This document shows, one piece after another, positions 1-10,333 of a stretch of 32,000 bases of DNA (positions are counted from its first letter, which is position 1; every line of letters starts with the position of its first letter). Origin of the DNA: an uncultured Opitutales bacterium (lineage in GTDB: Bacteria; Verrucomicrobiota; Verrucomicrobiia; Opitutales; Intestinicryptomonadaceae); contig CAKUIA010000002.1 of NCBI GenBank assembly GCA_934660865.1, forward strand, positions 150,001-182,000, given 5' to 3'. The notes under the pieces were generated by a model. It ran no database searches, had not been told where the DNA came from, and was given only the letters and a program-made list of their open reading frames with translations. The position numbers and the translations under genes are program-made.

Positions 1-861
1 ACATTCACCTTCTTTGCAACGGCAGGCAGCGTGTGGCGCGCGGGGGCAAAACCCGTTTTTGTAGACATAGACCCCGTTTCTTTCAACATCAACTGCGACC
101 TAATCGAAGAGAAAATCACCGAAAGGACAAAGGCTATTATACCCGTGCACCTTTTCGGGCAATGCGCAGACATGTATAAAATTATGGCAATCGCCAAAAA
201 GCACAACTTAAAGGTGGTTGAAGACGCGTGCCAGTCGATAGGCACAATGCAAAACGGCAAGAAGGCGGGCGCTTTCGGCGACGCGGGCTGCTTTAGCTTT
301 TTCCCGAGCAAAAATTTGGGCGGCTTTGGCGACGGCGGCATGGTTGTCTGCAACGACGATTCCCTTGCCGAAAAGCTAAGGCAGGTGCGCAACCACGGCA
401 TGGAGCCGCGCTACTACCACAAATGGGTGGGAGGCAACTTTAGGCTGGACAGCCTGCAGGCGGCGGGGCTAACCGTTAAGATGAAGTACCTTGAAAGCTG
501 GCACAAAGCCCGCGCCGAGCATGCCGAATTTTACGCGCAAGAGCTTAAAGACGTATCCGAAATTGCGCTTCCGCAAACAATGGCGGGCAACAGGCACATA
601 TACAACCAGTTTGTAATTTTAACCGACAGGCGCGACGCGCTTATGTCGTACCTGCGCGAAAACGAAATAGGCTGCGAAATATACTACCCCGTTCCCCTGC
701 ACTTGCAGGAATGTTTTAAGCCGTTGGGCTACAAGGCCGGCGACATGCCCGTTGCCGAAAACGTTGCAAAAAGGTGCCTGGCGCTGCCCGTATACCCCGA
801 CCTTACAAGAGAACAGCTTAAGTATACAACCGACACGATAAAAAAATTCTTCGCCAAGTAG
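1..861 (+). CDS. DegT/DnrJ/EryC1/StrS-family PLP-dependent sugar aminotransferase, 5'-truncated by the window edge
   Basis: Frame 1 is open from nt 1 (TFTFFATAGS...) upstream of the listed 31..861 ORF. Family-typical motifs are present: HLFGQ, VVEDACQSIG and FSFFPSKNLGGFGDGG (PLP-lysine context). Confidence 0.85.
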   Translation, partial: TFTFFATAGSVWRAGAKPVFVDIDPVSFNINCDLIEEKITERTKAIIPVHLFGQCADMYKIMAIAKKHNLKVVEDACQSIGTMQNGKKAGAFGDAGCFSFFPSKNLGGFGDGGMVVCNDDSLAEKLRQVRNHGMEPRYYHKWVGGNFRLDSLQAAGLTVKMKYLESWHKARAEHAEFYAQELKDVSEIALPQTMAGNRHIYNQFVILTDRRDALMSYLRENEIGCEIYYPVPLHLQECFKPLGYKAGDMPVAENVAKRCLALPVYPDLTREQLKYTTDTIKKFFAK

Positions 862-909
862 AAAAACTGCTTGATAAACGCCCAGGCCAAAGGGTAGGAT
901 TTAGGCAAT

Positions 910-2424
910 ATGAAACCGATTTTAAAAATTGCCACCCTTTCGCTTGCGGCGTTTTTTTTGTGCTCGTGCGACAAACCCGAAAAAACATCGGCAAACGAGC
1001 TTTATGTAAACGCGTCGCTTAGGCTAAACAGGGCGGCGTCCCAATTCGAAAAGGGGCATTTTAACGACGCATTGGCATTGTGCGAACTTTCGCATGCCGA
1101 CGCCGAAAGGATTTTAAAGGAGTTTCCCTCGTCGGAAATTGCCGTGCAGATGGTGTCGAACCCGTCCCTTACAATGGGTGCGGTAAAATATGCCGACTTC
1201 GAAAACAAAATTCTGCCAAAACTAAGACGGGCAAAAGAAAACAAAAACGGTTTTTTTTGCGAAATTTTGGGAACACCCGCGCTGGAGCATTTAAGGGCGC
1301 GCATTACACCGTCTTTTAGCGAAAGGCAGAAAGAACAGCCAGCCGCAAAAAAAAGAAAGAACATAGACATAAACGAATACGCAAAGTACCTGAAAATGCA
1401 GCGCTCGCTTATAGTCTACGAAATGGACGCCGTAAAAAACATTTTCGAAAAATCGAAAGACTTGCAGACAAACCCGGAGTTGGCCGACCTGTTTTTGGAA
1501 ACGGCGATTTCGGCGAACGAAAACATAAAGAAAATAAGCGTGGATTTCCGCCGCTACGAGGCAATGGCGTATTTGGCTAAAATATACGCAAATTTGGGCG
1601 CATTTGAGGGGGCATTGCGTCTTTGCAACGAAATAGAAAACGCAAACGCAAAGAACGACGCCACGCAATATTTGGCGAAGTGCGCCGCAAATTCGGGCGA
1701 CATAAACAGGGTAAAAAAGCTTTTGGCAAGCCTGCCAAACGGCCCGCAAAAAGACGCATTTTTGGCAAAACTTGCGCAGGAATGTGCATATACCGCCCCC
1801 GAAAAGGCATTCGAAACGGCAATGCTTTGCCAGGACAAAGCCGTGCGCGACCGCGCCTTTGCAAAAATTGCGGCAATATCCTCGTCGGAAAAGAATTTTG
1901 CGCAACTCTGCAAAAAGCTGCACATTGTAAACCCCGACAGCCTTTCAAACGACGGCGTTTTTGAGTTGGCGCAAGCATGGGGATTTGACCGTCAATCCTC
2001 CCCGCAGGCATACTTGGAGGCGCTCTGCCACATAGCCGAATGTGCGTATTTAGCCGACAAAGCTTTGGCATACAATTTTCTCGGCAAAGCCTACGAAGTT
2101 GTAGCCAACGAAAAAAGCGACAATTTCGAAACCTTTGCGGGAATTTTCATAGATACGGCATTTGCGACAGACTCCATAGACAGCGTATTGCCCATGCTGA
2201 AAATTTGGGCGGACAAAATACAGATAAATTCCGACGCAAAGAACAAGCTTTTGCTGCATTTAATGGAATCTAAAAAAACGCCCGAAAGCGAAATTGCAAC
2301 CCTGGCCCGACAGATGGACAACACGCCGCTATTGGCATACGCCCTAAAAAAGAGGGGCGAAAGCGACGAAACTATTTTTGAATTTGTACATAAAAGCATT
2401 CCGAAATTCGACGAATTAAACTAA
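910..2424 (+). CDS. Putative lipoprotein, alpha-helical (TPR-like) repeat protein of unknown function
   Basis: ATG start. The N-terminus MKPILKIATLSLAAFFLCSCDK has a signal peptide followed by a lipobox-like LCSC. The remainder is Ala/Leu/Lys-rich and looks helical. No catalytic motif was recognised. Confidence 0.55.
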   Translation: MKPILKIATLSLAAFFLCSCDKPEKTSANELYVNASLRLNRAASQFEKGHFNDALALCELSHADAERILKEFPSSEIAVQMVSNPSLTMGAVKYADFENKILPKLRRAKENKNGFFCEILGTPALEHLRARITPSFSERQKEQPAAKKRKNIDINEYAKYLKMQRSLIVYEMDAVKNIFEKSKDLQTNPELADLFLETAISANENIKKISVDFRRYEAMAYLAKIYANLGAFEGALRLCNEIENANAKNDATQYLAKCAANSGDINRVKKLLASLPNGPQKDAFLAKLAQECAYTAPEKAFETAMLCQDKAVRDRAFAKIAAISSSEKNFAQLCKKLHIVNPDSLSNDGVFELAQAWGFDRQSSPQAYLEALCHIAECAYLADKALAYNFLGKAYEVVANEKSDNFETFAGIFIDTAFATDSIDSVLPMLKIWADKIQINSDAKNKLLLHLMESKKTPESEIATLARQMDNTPLLAYALKKRGESDETIFEFVHKSIPKFDELN

Positions 2425-2438
2425 AAAAGGAAAGCGCC

Positions 2439-3527
2439 ATGGGGGGAGTTTTCGCAACAAAAACCTTGCAGTTCTACAAAGACGTTTACGAAATATCCCT
2501 AAGCGAAAGGGTGCAAACCCCCGCGCAGGCCGGCTTAGTTTTCGACTTTGCGCTAAATACCGCAAAAAGGGAGAATGCAAAGGTTTTATTTGCCGAAATT
2601 TTCGGCGGCGAATTTCTTAAAAAGCCCCTGCTTGAGTTTAAGCAAAAAGTAGGGCACATTTTCCCCGTAAACTACATTTTGCCGCTAAACGAAAACGCAA
2701 AGCCCGTTTTGGCGTCGATACACATTGTTTTGGGCAGGGCCGAAAAAATATCGTTCGGGCAAAGCGAAAGCGGCAACTGCGTTGTGTACGGCAACGGCGA
2801 ATTCGAGTGCCTGCGCGCTTTCGGCGTAAACGGCGATTTGCCCAACCGCACACCAAAAGAGCGCACAGCGCACAATTTAAACTGCCTAAACAATATCCTA
2901 ACCGAAAACGGCTTTTGCTTTAACGACGTTATACGCACCTGGTTTTACAACCTAAATATTTTGGATTGGTACGGCGCCTTTAACGAGGCTAGAACCGAAT
3001 TTTTTAACGCCCACAATGTCTTTAAGGGGCTTTTGCCCGCCAGCACGGGAATAGGAGCTGCAAACACAAAAAATTCCCTGATAGAAAGCGGGCTAATTGC
3101 CCTAAAAGGCTCAAAAAAGAATATAAGCTGGAGTGTGCGCGAAATTCCGTCGCCCCTGCAAAACTCGGCAAAAGACTACGGCTCGTCGTTTTCCAGGGCG
3201 GTAATGGTTTGCACAAACACGGGCAGGCGCATTTTCGTTTCGGGAACGGCCTCGATTTTCGCAAATGGCCAATCCGCATACATAGGCGATGTTCAAGAGC
3301 AGTCGCGCCTTACGGGCAATGTAATTTCGGAAATTTTAAAAAGGCAGAATATGTCGTTTAAAGACTGCATAAACGCCGTTGCCTATTGCGCAAAACCCGA
3401 ATATTACGAAACTTTTGAAAAACATTTAAACGCCCGCGGCAAGATTGCCGTTTGCCCCGCATACAGCACGGTGTGCCGCGACAACCTGCTTGTAGAGTGC
3501 GAGCTTGAGGCCTTTTGCGCCGAATAA
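2439..3527 (+). CDS. FkbO/Hyg5/XanB2-like chorismatase (RidA/YjgF-fold) family protein
   Basis: Motifs recalled for this family are present: [50 protein letters not shown] and FVSGTASI..G....GDVQEQ. The AAGGAAA upstream of the ATG is SD-like. Confidence 0.55.
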   Translation: MGGVFATKTLQFYKDVYEISLSERVQTPAQAGLVFDFALNTAKRENAKVLFAEIFGGEFLKKPLLEFKQKVGHIFPVNYILPLNENAKPVLASIHIVLGRAEKISFGQSESGNCVVYGNGEFECLRAFGVNGDLPNRTPKERTAHNLNCLNNILTENGFCFNDVIRTWFYNLNILDWYGAFNEARTEFFNAHNVFKGLLPASTGIGAANTKNSLIESGLIALKGSKKNISWSVREIPSPLQNSAKDYGSSFSRAVMVCTNTGRRIFVSGTASIFANGQSAYIGDVQEQSRLTGNVISEILKRQNMSFKDCINAVAYCAKPEYYETFEKHLNARGKIAVCPAYSTVCRDNLLVECELEAFCAE

Positions 3528-3624
3528 ATTTAGCAAATTTTTATCGACAATTTTTTGCGCCGAAATTATAAAAGACGCATATAAATTTTATAAGAAACAA
3601 GAACAATATATTACGGTAAAAATT

Positions 3625-4680
3625 ATGGCAAAAAAGAACGATTCTGTACAGGCTGCAACCCCAAACAGGGCTTTGGATATGGCTCTTAGCGCGGTAAACA
3701 AACAATTCGGCGAAGGCTCGCTTATAAGGCTGGGCGATGCGGTTAAAATGCAGGTTGAGACAATCAGCACGGGCTCCATTGCAATAGACTTGGCATTGGG
3801 CGTAAGGGGGCTTCCGCGCGGCAGAATTTGCGAAATCTACGGCCCTGAATCTTCGGGTAAAACAACGCTGTGTCTTTCGGTTATTGCACAGGCGCAAAAA
3901 ATGGGCGGAAACGCCGTGTTTATAGACGTAGAACACGCCCTGGACCCGCGCTATGCAAAAGTTGTCGGCGTAGACTTAAACAACCTTATGGTTTCGCAGC
4001 CCGAATGCGGCGAAGACGCCCTTAACATTGCCGAAACTTTAATACGCTCGGGCGAGATAGACGTTATTGTAATCGACTCGGTTGCCGCCCTCGTTTCCAA
4101 ACAGGAATTAGACGGCCAGTTCGGCGACAGCACGGTCGGCTTGCAGGCCAGAATGATGAGCCAGGCAATGCGCAGGCTTACGGCCGCCATCAGCAAAACA
4201 AAGTGCGTTTGCATTTTCACAAACCAAATAAGGGAAAAAATCGGCGTAATGTTCGGCAGCCCCGAAACAACCCCCGGCGGCCGCGCGTTAAAATTCTTTG
4301 CCTCGGTAAGAATGGACATTCGCAGAATAGGCCAAATCAAAGACCCGTCGGGCAAGGTTATAGGCAACAGGACAAAGGTTAAAGTTGTCAAGAACAAGGT
4401 TGCAGCCCCATTTACCGAATGCGAATTCGACATTATGTATAACGAGGGCATTTCGCAGACGGGCAGCCTTATAGACCTGGGCATAGAGCACAAGATTCTG
4501 GAAAAGAAGGGAGCCTGGATTTCCCTTAACGGCGAGCTAATCGGCCAGGGCAGGGAAGCCGCAAAAGCCTATTTGGCGCAAAACGCGGAAGTTGCCGAAA
4601 GCATTAAAAACCAGATTCTCGAAAAGGTACAGGTTGTCGGCGGCATGACTTTGGCCGAAGACCAATCGGCGCAGGCCTAA
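3625..4680 (+). CDS. recA: Recombinase RecA
   Basis: Canonical RecA sequence: Walker [20 protein letters not shown] and [32 protein letters not shown]. The start is moved to the internal ATG at 3625 (MAKKNDS...), because the 40-codon extension from 3505 overlaps the upstream gene and is not RecA-like. Confidence 0.97.
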   Translation: MAKKNDSVQAATPNRALDMALSAVNKQFGEGSLIRLGDAVKMQVETISTGSIAIDLALGVRGLPRGRICEIYGPESSGKTTLCLSVIAQAQKMGGNAVFIDVEHALDPRYAKVVGVDLNNLMVSQPECGEDALNIAETLIRSGEIDVIVIDSVAALVSKQELDGQFGDSTVGLQARMMSQAMRRLTAAISKTKCVCIFTNQIREKIGVMFGSPETTPGGRALKFFASVRMDIRRIGQIKDPSGKVIGNRTKVKVVKNKVAAPFTECEFDIMYNEGISQTGSLIDLGIEHKILEKKGAWISLNGELIGQGREAAKAYLAQNAEVAESIKNQILEKVQVVGGMTLAEDQSAQA

Positions 4681-4686
4681 GCCTTT

Positions 4687-7600
4687 ATGGCCGACTCGTT
4701 CGTACATTTGCATGTCCACACCGACTACTCGGTGCTGGACGGCTGCGCCCGTTTACCCGTGCTGCTTGACAGGGTAAAAGAGCTTGGCATGCCCGCGGTT
4801 GCAATGACCGACCACGGCAATATGTGCGGGGCCATAGACTTTTACCAGGCGGCGCAAAAGGCGGGCGTTAAGCCCATAATAGGCATGGAGGCCTATTTCA
4901 TAAACGACCACAATATGGGCGACGATGTCCGCGCGCTAAAGGCAAAAATGCCCACCGAAGAAAAGTCGGACGACATCGACGCCATCGAGGGCGACGTTTC
5001 GGCGCTGCGCCCCTCCGACTTTCCGCGCTTTTTGATACACCACAAAACCCTTTTGGCGAAAAACTACGAGGGCTTTTTGAATTTGGCAAAGCTTACAAGC
5101 GAATCGTACGAGCGCGGCTTTTACCGCAAACCGCGCATAGACTACGAAACGCTTGCAAAATATTCTAAGGGGCTTATAGCCCTTAGCGGCTGCATAAACG
5201 GCGTGGCCTCGCAATACCTGCTTTATTCCGACTACGAAAACGCAAAGCGCGCAACGGCAAAGTTTGTGGATATTTTCGGCAGGGAAAACTACTACATAGA
5301 AATACAAAACCACTTTCTGCCCGCCGACAAAAAGGTTATCCCCGGGCTTATAAGGCTGGCAAAAGAGTTCGACCTAAAGCTGGTGGCCACAAACGACAGC
5401 CACTATGTGTACAAAAAAGACGCCGAAGCGCACGACGCAATGCTTTGCATAAACACGGGGGCCCTGCTTGCCGACGAAAACCGCATGCGCTACCCCAACA
5501 ACGAGTTTTACATTAAAACCCGCGAGGAAATGGCGGAGTTGTTCCCCGACAACATAGACGCGATAGACAACACGCTTGAAGTCGCCGAAAAAGTCGACAT
5601 TAAAATCCCCATGGGGGAAAACCACTACCCCAAATACGAAAAGCCCGCCGAGATTGTATACGACAAAGACGAGGAAAATTTCAACCGCATTCTGGATTTG
5701 TATGTCGCAAAAAAGAACGAGGTTTTAAGGCAGAACAAAAAGCCCGACGATTTTTCGCTTTCGCCCGAAAGGCGCAAAGAGCTTATGAAAAACGGCCTTT
5801 TGCTTTTCGATTTGGCGAAAAAGGGAATGGTTAAGCGCTATAATGTAGACTATAACCACCCCGAAAAATACGTCCCCAAAGAGGGCGAAAGCCCCGACAG
5901 GGCGAAAATGCTGTGCGACAAGCTCGACTACGAGCTTTCGATTATAGTGGGAGCGGGCTTTGTAGACTACTTTCTTATTGTATACGACTTTATAAACTGG
6001 GCCAGAACCCAGGGCATACCCGTAGGCCCCGGCCGAGGCAGCGGCGCGGGCTGTATGATTGCGTATTTGATAAAAATTACCGACATAGAGCCCATAAGGT
6101 TTCATTTGCTTTTTGAAAGAATGTTGTCGCTAGAGCGCGTTTCGCCGCCCGACTTCGACGTAGACTTTTGCGAACGCCGCCGCCCGCTTGTTATAGACTA
6201 TGTAAGGCGCAAATACGGCACCGACCACGTTGCAAACATTGCCACCTACGGCAAGCTTGGCGCAAAGGCGGTTGTGCGCGATTTGGCCCGCGTAAACGGC
6301 ATTCCCTACGACAGGGCAAACGCCCTTGCAAAGCTTGTCCCCGACGAGCTAAAAATGACGCTTAAAAAGGCGCTTGAAATGTCGGCCGAGCTTAGGGCCG
6401 AAGTTCAAACAAAGCCCGACGTAAAAAAGGTTTTCGAGCAGGGCGAAGTTTTAGAAGGCATGATACGCCAGCTTGGCAAGCACGCCTGCGGCATTATTAT
6501 CGGCGACCAAAGGCTGGACAATATCGTGCCCATGATGACGCAGGAAGGCGCGCTTACAACCCAGTTTGCAAAAACGCCCGACGAGGAACTTGGCCTTTTA
6601 AAGGCCGACTTTTTGGGGCTAAAAACCCTAACCGTTATTTCCGACGCGCAGGACAACGTAAGGCTTGCCCGCAAAAACCCCGGTTTCGACATAGAGGAAG
6701 TTGCCCTGGAAGACCCCGCCACTTTCAAACTGCTTAACAGCGGCACAACGGTTGGGGTGTTTCAGCTTGAAAGCGAGGGCATGCGCAATTTGTGCCGCAG
6801 AATTGGCCTTAGCGTTTTCGAGGAAATCATAGCCTTAATTGCGCTTTATAGACCGGGCCCCATGCAGTTTATCGACCAATTCATAGAGGCCAAGCACGAC
6901 CCCTCAAAACTGCAGGTGCCCCACCCTTTGCTTAAAGACCTTGTTCAGGAAACCTACGGCGTTTTGGTTTACCAGGAACAGGTTATGATGGCCGCGCGAA
7001 TAATCGCCGGCTATACGCTCGGCGAAGCCGACATTTTGCGAAGGGCAATGGGCAAGAAAAAGCCCGAGGTTATGGCGCAGCAAAAATCCATATTCGTTGC
7101 AAAGGCCAAAGAATTTAACAACATAGAGCCGGCTGAAGCAGAAAGGATTTTCGGCGTGCTCGAAAAGTTTGCCCAATACGGCTTTAACAAATCGCACTCG
7201 GCGGCCTACGCAATGCTCAGCTACAGAACCGCCTACCTAAAGGCGAACTACCCCGCCGAATTTATGGCGGCTATGCTGTCCAGCGAAATGGGCAACCACG
7301 ACAAGGTCGAAAAATTTATCGACGCTTGCGAAGACATAAATATCCACGTTTTGGGGCCCGACGTTAACGAATCGCGCCAGTCGTTCTTCCCCATTATAGA
7401 CAAAAATTGGGACCCCCTTGCCGAGCACCCATTCGAAAAGAGCGCAGGCTCCATAAGATATGCGCTTTCGGCGGTAAAGGGCATTGGCGACGGCCCCGCA
7501 AACGCCATTGTAAGCGAGCGCGACAAAAACGGCAACTTTAAGGACATGGCCGACTTTATGAAAAGGGTCGGGCTTTCGGGCATAAACAAAAGGGTGCTGC

Positions 7601-8502
7601 AAAATCTTATTTTGTCGGGCGCGTTCGACTCGTTCAACATAGACAGGGGCATTTTAAACGCCTCGCTAGACGCCATTGTAGCTTCGGCAGCCGAAAGGGA
7701 AAAAGACAGGGCAACGGGGCAAACAAGCCTTTTCGACCTTATGGATATGGGAAGCGAAAACGCGGAATTGGCCGACGTTATAGACATGACAAAGCCGCCC
7801 ATGCCGCTTTCCGAAAAGCTTTCGCACGAAAAGGAGCTTTTGGGCTTCTACATTTCGGGGCACCCGATGAACGAATTTGCCCCCTTCGACGCCCTTCTTA
7901 AAATTATGCCCGACTTGGACAAGGTGCGCCGCATAAAGAAAGCCCCGTTTAGGGTTTGCGGGGTAATTTCGGGTGTAAAGCGCCGCTTTACAAAAAAAGA
8001 CAAAAAGCCGTGGGCGTCCTTCCTGCTTTCGACAAGAGACGGCGAATCGTATTCGTTTAACATGTTCCCTACCGCCTACGAAAGCTATAAAGACGTGCTC
8101 GGCGAAAACGTTTGCCTTTGCATTTCGGGCGACATTCGCTACGACAACGGCGAAATACGCTACAATGTGGAAAGCGCGGCGCCTATGGCCGAAACCGTGG
8201 CCGGACAGGCAACCGACGTAACGTGGGTTATAGACGCCTACAACGACGCCGAAAATTTCGTGCGCAGGCTTTCGCACTGCATACACGACGGCGAGCAGGA
8301 CCGCAGCATTATGCACCACGTTTTAATTAGGGTAAACGAAACCGACTACATGTCGGTAGACCTGGATTTTAAAAGCGCCTTCGACAAAGACAAGTTTGCC
8401 GATTTAAAAAAGGAAAGCGCCTTTTTAAAACTCGACGCAAAAATAAAGGCGTTTGAACCGAAAACAAGAAAGTTCGAGTTTAGGCGCAGAACAACAAATT
8501 AA
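4687..8502 (+). CDS. dnaE: DNA polymerase III alpha subunit
   Basis: PHP domain start FVHLHVHTDYSVLDG. Polymerase core motifs GPGRGSGAG, DFD.DF and FNKSHSAAYA, plus an OB-fold region. At 1271 aa it has an acidic insertion in the PHP region and a C-terminal extension relative to E. coli DnaE. Confidence 0.97.
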   Translation: MADSFVHLHVHTDYSVLDGCARLPVLLDRVKELGMPAVAMTDHGNMCGAIDFYQAAQKAGVKPIIGMEAYFINDHNMGDDVRALKAKMPTEEKSDDIDAIEGDVSALRPSDFPRFLIHHKTLLAKNYEGFLNLAKLTSESYERGFYRKPRIDYETLAKYSKGLIALSGCINGVASQYLLYSDYENAKRATAKFVDIFGRENYYIEIQNHFLPADKKVIPGLIRLAKEFDLKLVATNDSHYVYKKDAEAHDAMLCINTGALLADENRMRYPNNEFYIKTREEMAELFPDNIDAIDNTLEVAEKVDIKIPMGENHYPKYEKPAEIVYDKDEENFNRILDLYVAKKNEVLRQNKKPDDFSLSPERRKELMKNGLLLFDLAKKGMVKRYNVDYNHPEKYVPKEGESPDRAKMLCDKLDYELSIIVGAGFVDYFLIVYDFINWARTQGIPVGPGRGSGAGCMIAYLIKITDIEPIRFHLLFERMLSLERVSPPDFDVDFCERRRPLVIDYVRRKYGTDHVANIATYGKLGAKAVVRDLARVNGIPYDRANALAKLVPDELKMTLKKALEMSAELRAEVQTKPDVKKVFEQGEVLEGMIRQLGKHACGIIIGDQRLDNIVPMMTQEGALTTQFAKTPDEELGLLKADFLGLKTLTVISDAQDNVRLARKNPGFDIEEVALEDPATFKLLNSGTTVGVFQLESEGMRNLCRRIGLSVFEEIIALIALYRPGPMQFIDQFIEAKHDPSKLQVPHPLLKDLVQETYGVLVYQEQVMMAARIIAGYTLGEADILRRAMGKKKPEVMAQQKSIFVAKAKEFNNIEPAEAERIFGVLEKFAQYGFNKSHSAAYAMLSYRTAYLKANYPAEFMAAMLSSEMGNHDKVEKFIDACEDINIHVLGPDVNESRQSFFPIIDKNWDPLAEHPFEKSAGSIRYALSAVKGIGDGPANAIVSERDKNGNFKDMADFMKRVGLSGINKRVLQNLILSGAFDSFNIDRGILNASLDAIVASAAEREKDRATGQTSLFDLMDMGSENAELADVIDMTKPPMPLSEKLSHEKELLGFYISGHPMNEFAPFDALLKIMPDLDKVRRIKKAPFRVCGVISGVKRRFTKKDKKPWASFLLSTRDGESYSFNMFPTAYESYKDVLGENVCLCISGDIRYDNGEIRYNVESAAPMAETVAGQATDVTWVIDAYNDAENFVRRLSHCIHDGEQDRSIMHHVLIRVNETDYMSVDLDFKSAFDKDKFADLKKESAFLKLDAKIKAFEPKTRKFEFRRRTTN

Positions 8503-8512
8503 AATTTGCAAA

Positions 8513-10258
8513 ATGAAATTCGTTAAATTCGGGTGCTCGTCGTGCCTAGTTTTAGTATTGGCGTTTTTTGCGTTTCTTGCGCTGGGAATGGGCGCGGCAA
8601 AATACCTGAAAGCCGAAAAAGGCGAAAGCATTGTCTCTATAAACCTTGCAATGCCCGTGCCCAACCTACCCTTTTCGGCAAATTCGCCGTTTCTTAGCGA
8701 GGGCAAATACGGCAGGCTAAACGAAAGGGAAATTGCAAACGCCATTGCAAAGGCGGCCTACGACAACTCTGTTTTGGGCATTTTGCTTTATGCGGAAGGA
8801 CCGACGCAAATGTCGCTTGCGCAGGCATGCGAAATAAGAAACGCCCTTTTAAGCTTTAGGGAAAGCGGCAAAAAGGTATATGCGGCGGCCGACTATGCCG
8901 ACAAAAAAGCCTACTATATTTTTAGCGCCTCCGACGAAATTTTTATGGACGAAATGGGCGAGATAGACCTTTCGGGGCTGGCCTTTGAGGGCGTGTTTTT
9001 CGGAAACGCATTCGAAAAATACGGCATTTCGGCAAACGTTGTAAAGTGCGGCAAATACAAGGATTTTGGCGATATGTTCACAAAAAGCGGCTTTTCGCCC
9101 GAAGCAAAGGCGCAGCTTACAAACATAGCCAAAAGCCTTTGGCAAAATATGCTAAACGCCGTCTGCACGGCAAGGGCGATAAACCGCAAAACCCTTGAAA
9201 ACGAAACGGCAAACACGCCCGTTTTCGGGGCGAAAGAGGCCGTAAAATTGCGCCTTGCAGACAAAATAGCCGACAAGGCGAAAATCAAAAAAACGCTTTT
9301 TAAAGACGACGAAATAAACGAAATTCCCGTCGAAAAATACGCCGACACAACCCCCGATATAGGCGCGTTTGCGCCCAACAAAACCGCGCTTGTATACATG
9401 TCGGGCGACATTGTATCGGAAGACGACCCCTCCGATATTTTCGGCGAAAAAAGCACGATTTCGGCAAAGCTGTATACGTCCATTTTCGACGAGATTGCAA
9501 AAGACGGCGCAATATCGGCCGTTGTAGTGCGCATAAACAGCGGAGGCGGTTCGGCGCAGGCAAGCGAGCAAATACGCAGATCTTTGCAAAATCTGGCGCA
9601 AAAAAAGCCCGTGTTTGTTTCGGTTTCGTCGATGTGCGCAAGCGGGGCGTATTGGATTTCGTCGGCGGCGCACAAAATTTTCGCCCAAGAGCAGAGCCTT
9701 ATAGGCTCTATAGGCGTATTTTCCATAAACTTCGGCATAGAAAAATTGGCCGACAGCTACGGAATTAATTTCGACACGGCAAAAAGCGGCAAGTTTGCCG
9801 ATATGCTTAGCCCCTTTAGGCAAAGCACGCCCGAAGAAAACGCCGTTATACAAAGCCGCATAGATTTTGTGTACGACAAGTTTGTAAACCTGGTTGCAAA
9901 TTCGCGCAAAATAGACAAGGCCTCGGCAAAAAATCTGGCAACGGGCGAAGTTTGGACGGCGCAAACGGCAAAGGCCTTAAAATTGGTAGACGCAAGCAAT
10001 ATGACGCTTTCCGACACGATTGCCTTTGCATTGCAAGCGCAAGAGGAAGCCTCGCAAATAGAGGTGTTCCCAAAAAAGCCGTCTTTTGAGGAATTTTTAA
10101 ACGCGTTTTTAGGCGGGGCTACAAGCACATTTTTAAAGGCAGCCCGCCCCGAATCGCTCGAGCAAAAAAAGGCAAATGCCCTAAAACAAATAAAGGGCAT
10201 TGCCCCAAACGAGGGCATATTGCTTTACACGCCCTATAAGCTTGAAAACTTAAAATAG
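8513..10258 (+). CDS. sppA: Signal peptide peptidase SppA, 67K (two-domain) type
   Basis: An N-terminal TM segment is followed by two ClpP/crotonase-like halves. Second-domain motifs are VVRINSGGGSAQAS and SMCASGAYWISSAA. The start is moved to the ATG at 8513 (MKFVKFG...), which avoids overlap with dnaE. Confidence 0.85.
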   Translation: MKFVKFGCSSCLVLVLAFFAFLALGMGAAKYLKAEKGESIVSINLAMPVPNLPFSANSPFLSEGKYGRLNEREIANAIAKAAYDNSVLGILLYAEGPTQMSLAQACEIRNALLSFRESGKKVYAAADYADKKAYYIFSASDEIFMDEMGEIDLSGLAFEGVFFGNAFEKYGISANVVKCGKYKDFGDMFTKSGFSPEAKAQLTNIAKSLWQNMLNAVCTARAINRKTLENETANTPVFGAKEAVKLRLADKIADKAKIKKTLFKDDEINEIPVEKYADTTPDIGAFAPNKTALVYMSGDIVSEDDPSDIFGEKSTISAKLYTSIFDEIAKDGAISAVVVRINSGGGSAQASEQIRRSLQNLAQKKPVFVSVSSMCASGAYWISSAAHKIFAQEQSLIGSIGVFSINFGIEKLADSYGINFDTAKSGKFADMLSPFRQSTPEENAVIQSRIDFVYDKFVNLVANSRKIDKASAKNLATGEVWTAQTAKALKLVDASNMTLSDTIAFALQAQEEASQIEVFPKKPSFEEFLNAFLGGATSTFLKAARPESLEQKKANALKQIKGIAPNEGILLYTPYKLENLK

Positions 10259-10273
10259 GCCTTGCCATTGCGC

Positions 10274-10318
10274 AAAAAAAAACGGCTTTCGGACGGAATT
10301 TCCCGAAAGCCGTTTTTT
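10274..10318. terminator. Bidirectional rho-independent terminator between convergent sppA and the deoR-family gene
   Basis: Stem AACGGCTTTCGG (10281-10292) pairs with CCGAAAGCCGTT (10303-10314). It is flanked by an A9 run upstream and a T6 run downstream. Confidence 0.65.
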
Positions 10319-10333
10319 GCTTTATAAATTCTG

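Noticed and set aside
3611-3619. The palindrome TTACGGTAA 6 nt upstream of the recA start, as a possible LexA/SOS box.
   Set aside because: It resembles the TTAC-N3-GTAA type box only loosely, because the spacer is wrong. No second copy occurs upstream of dnaE or other SOS-type genes in the window. At 9 bp it is too short to be meaningful alone.
3505-3624. N-terminal extensions of track ORFs: recA from 3505, sppA from 8453, pfkB to 15942, lolC/E from 15803, lolD from 17103, deoR to 11104.
   Set aside because: The extensions overlap upstream genes or intergenic terminators and have no similarity to the respective families. One (deoR at 11104) uses a TTG start. Internal ATGs give family-typical N-termini.
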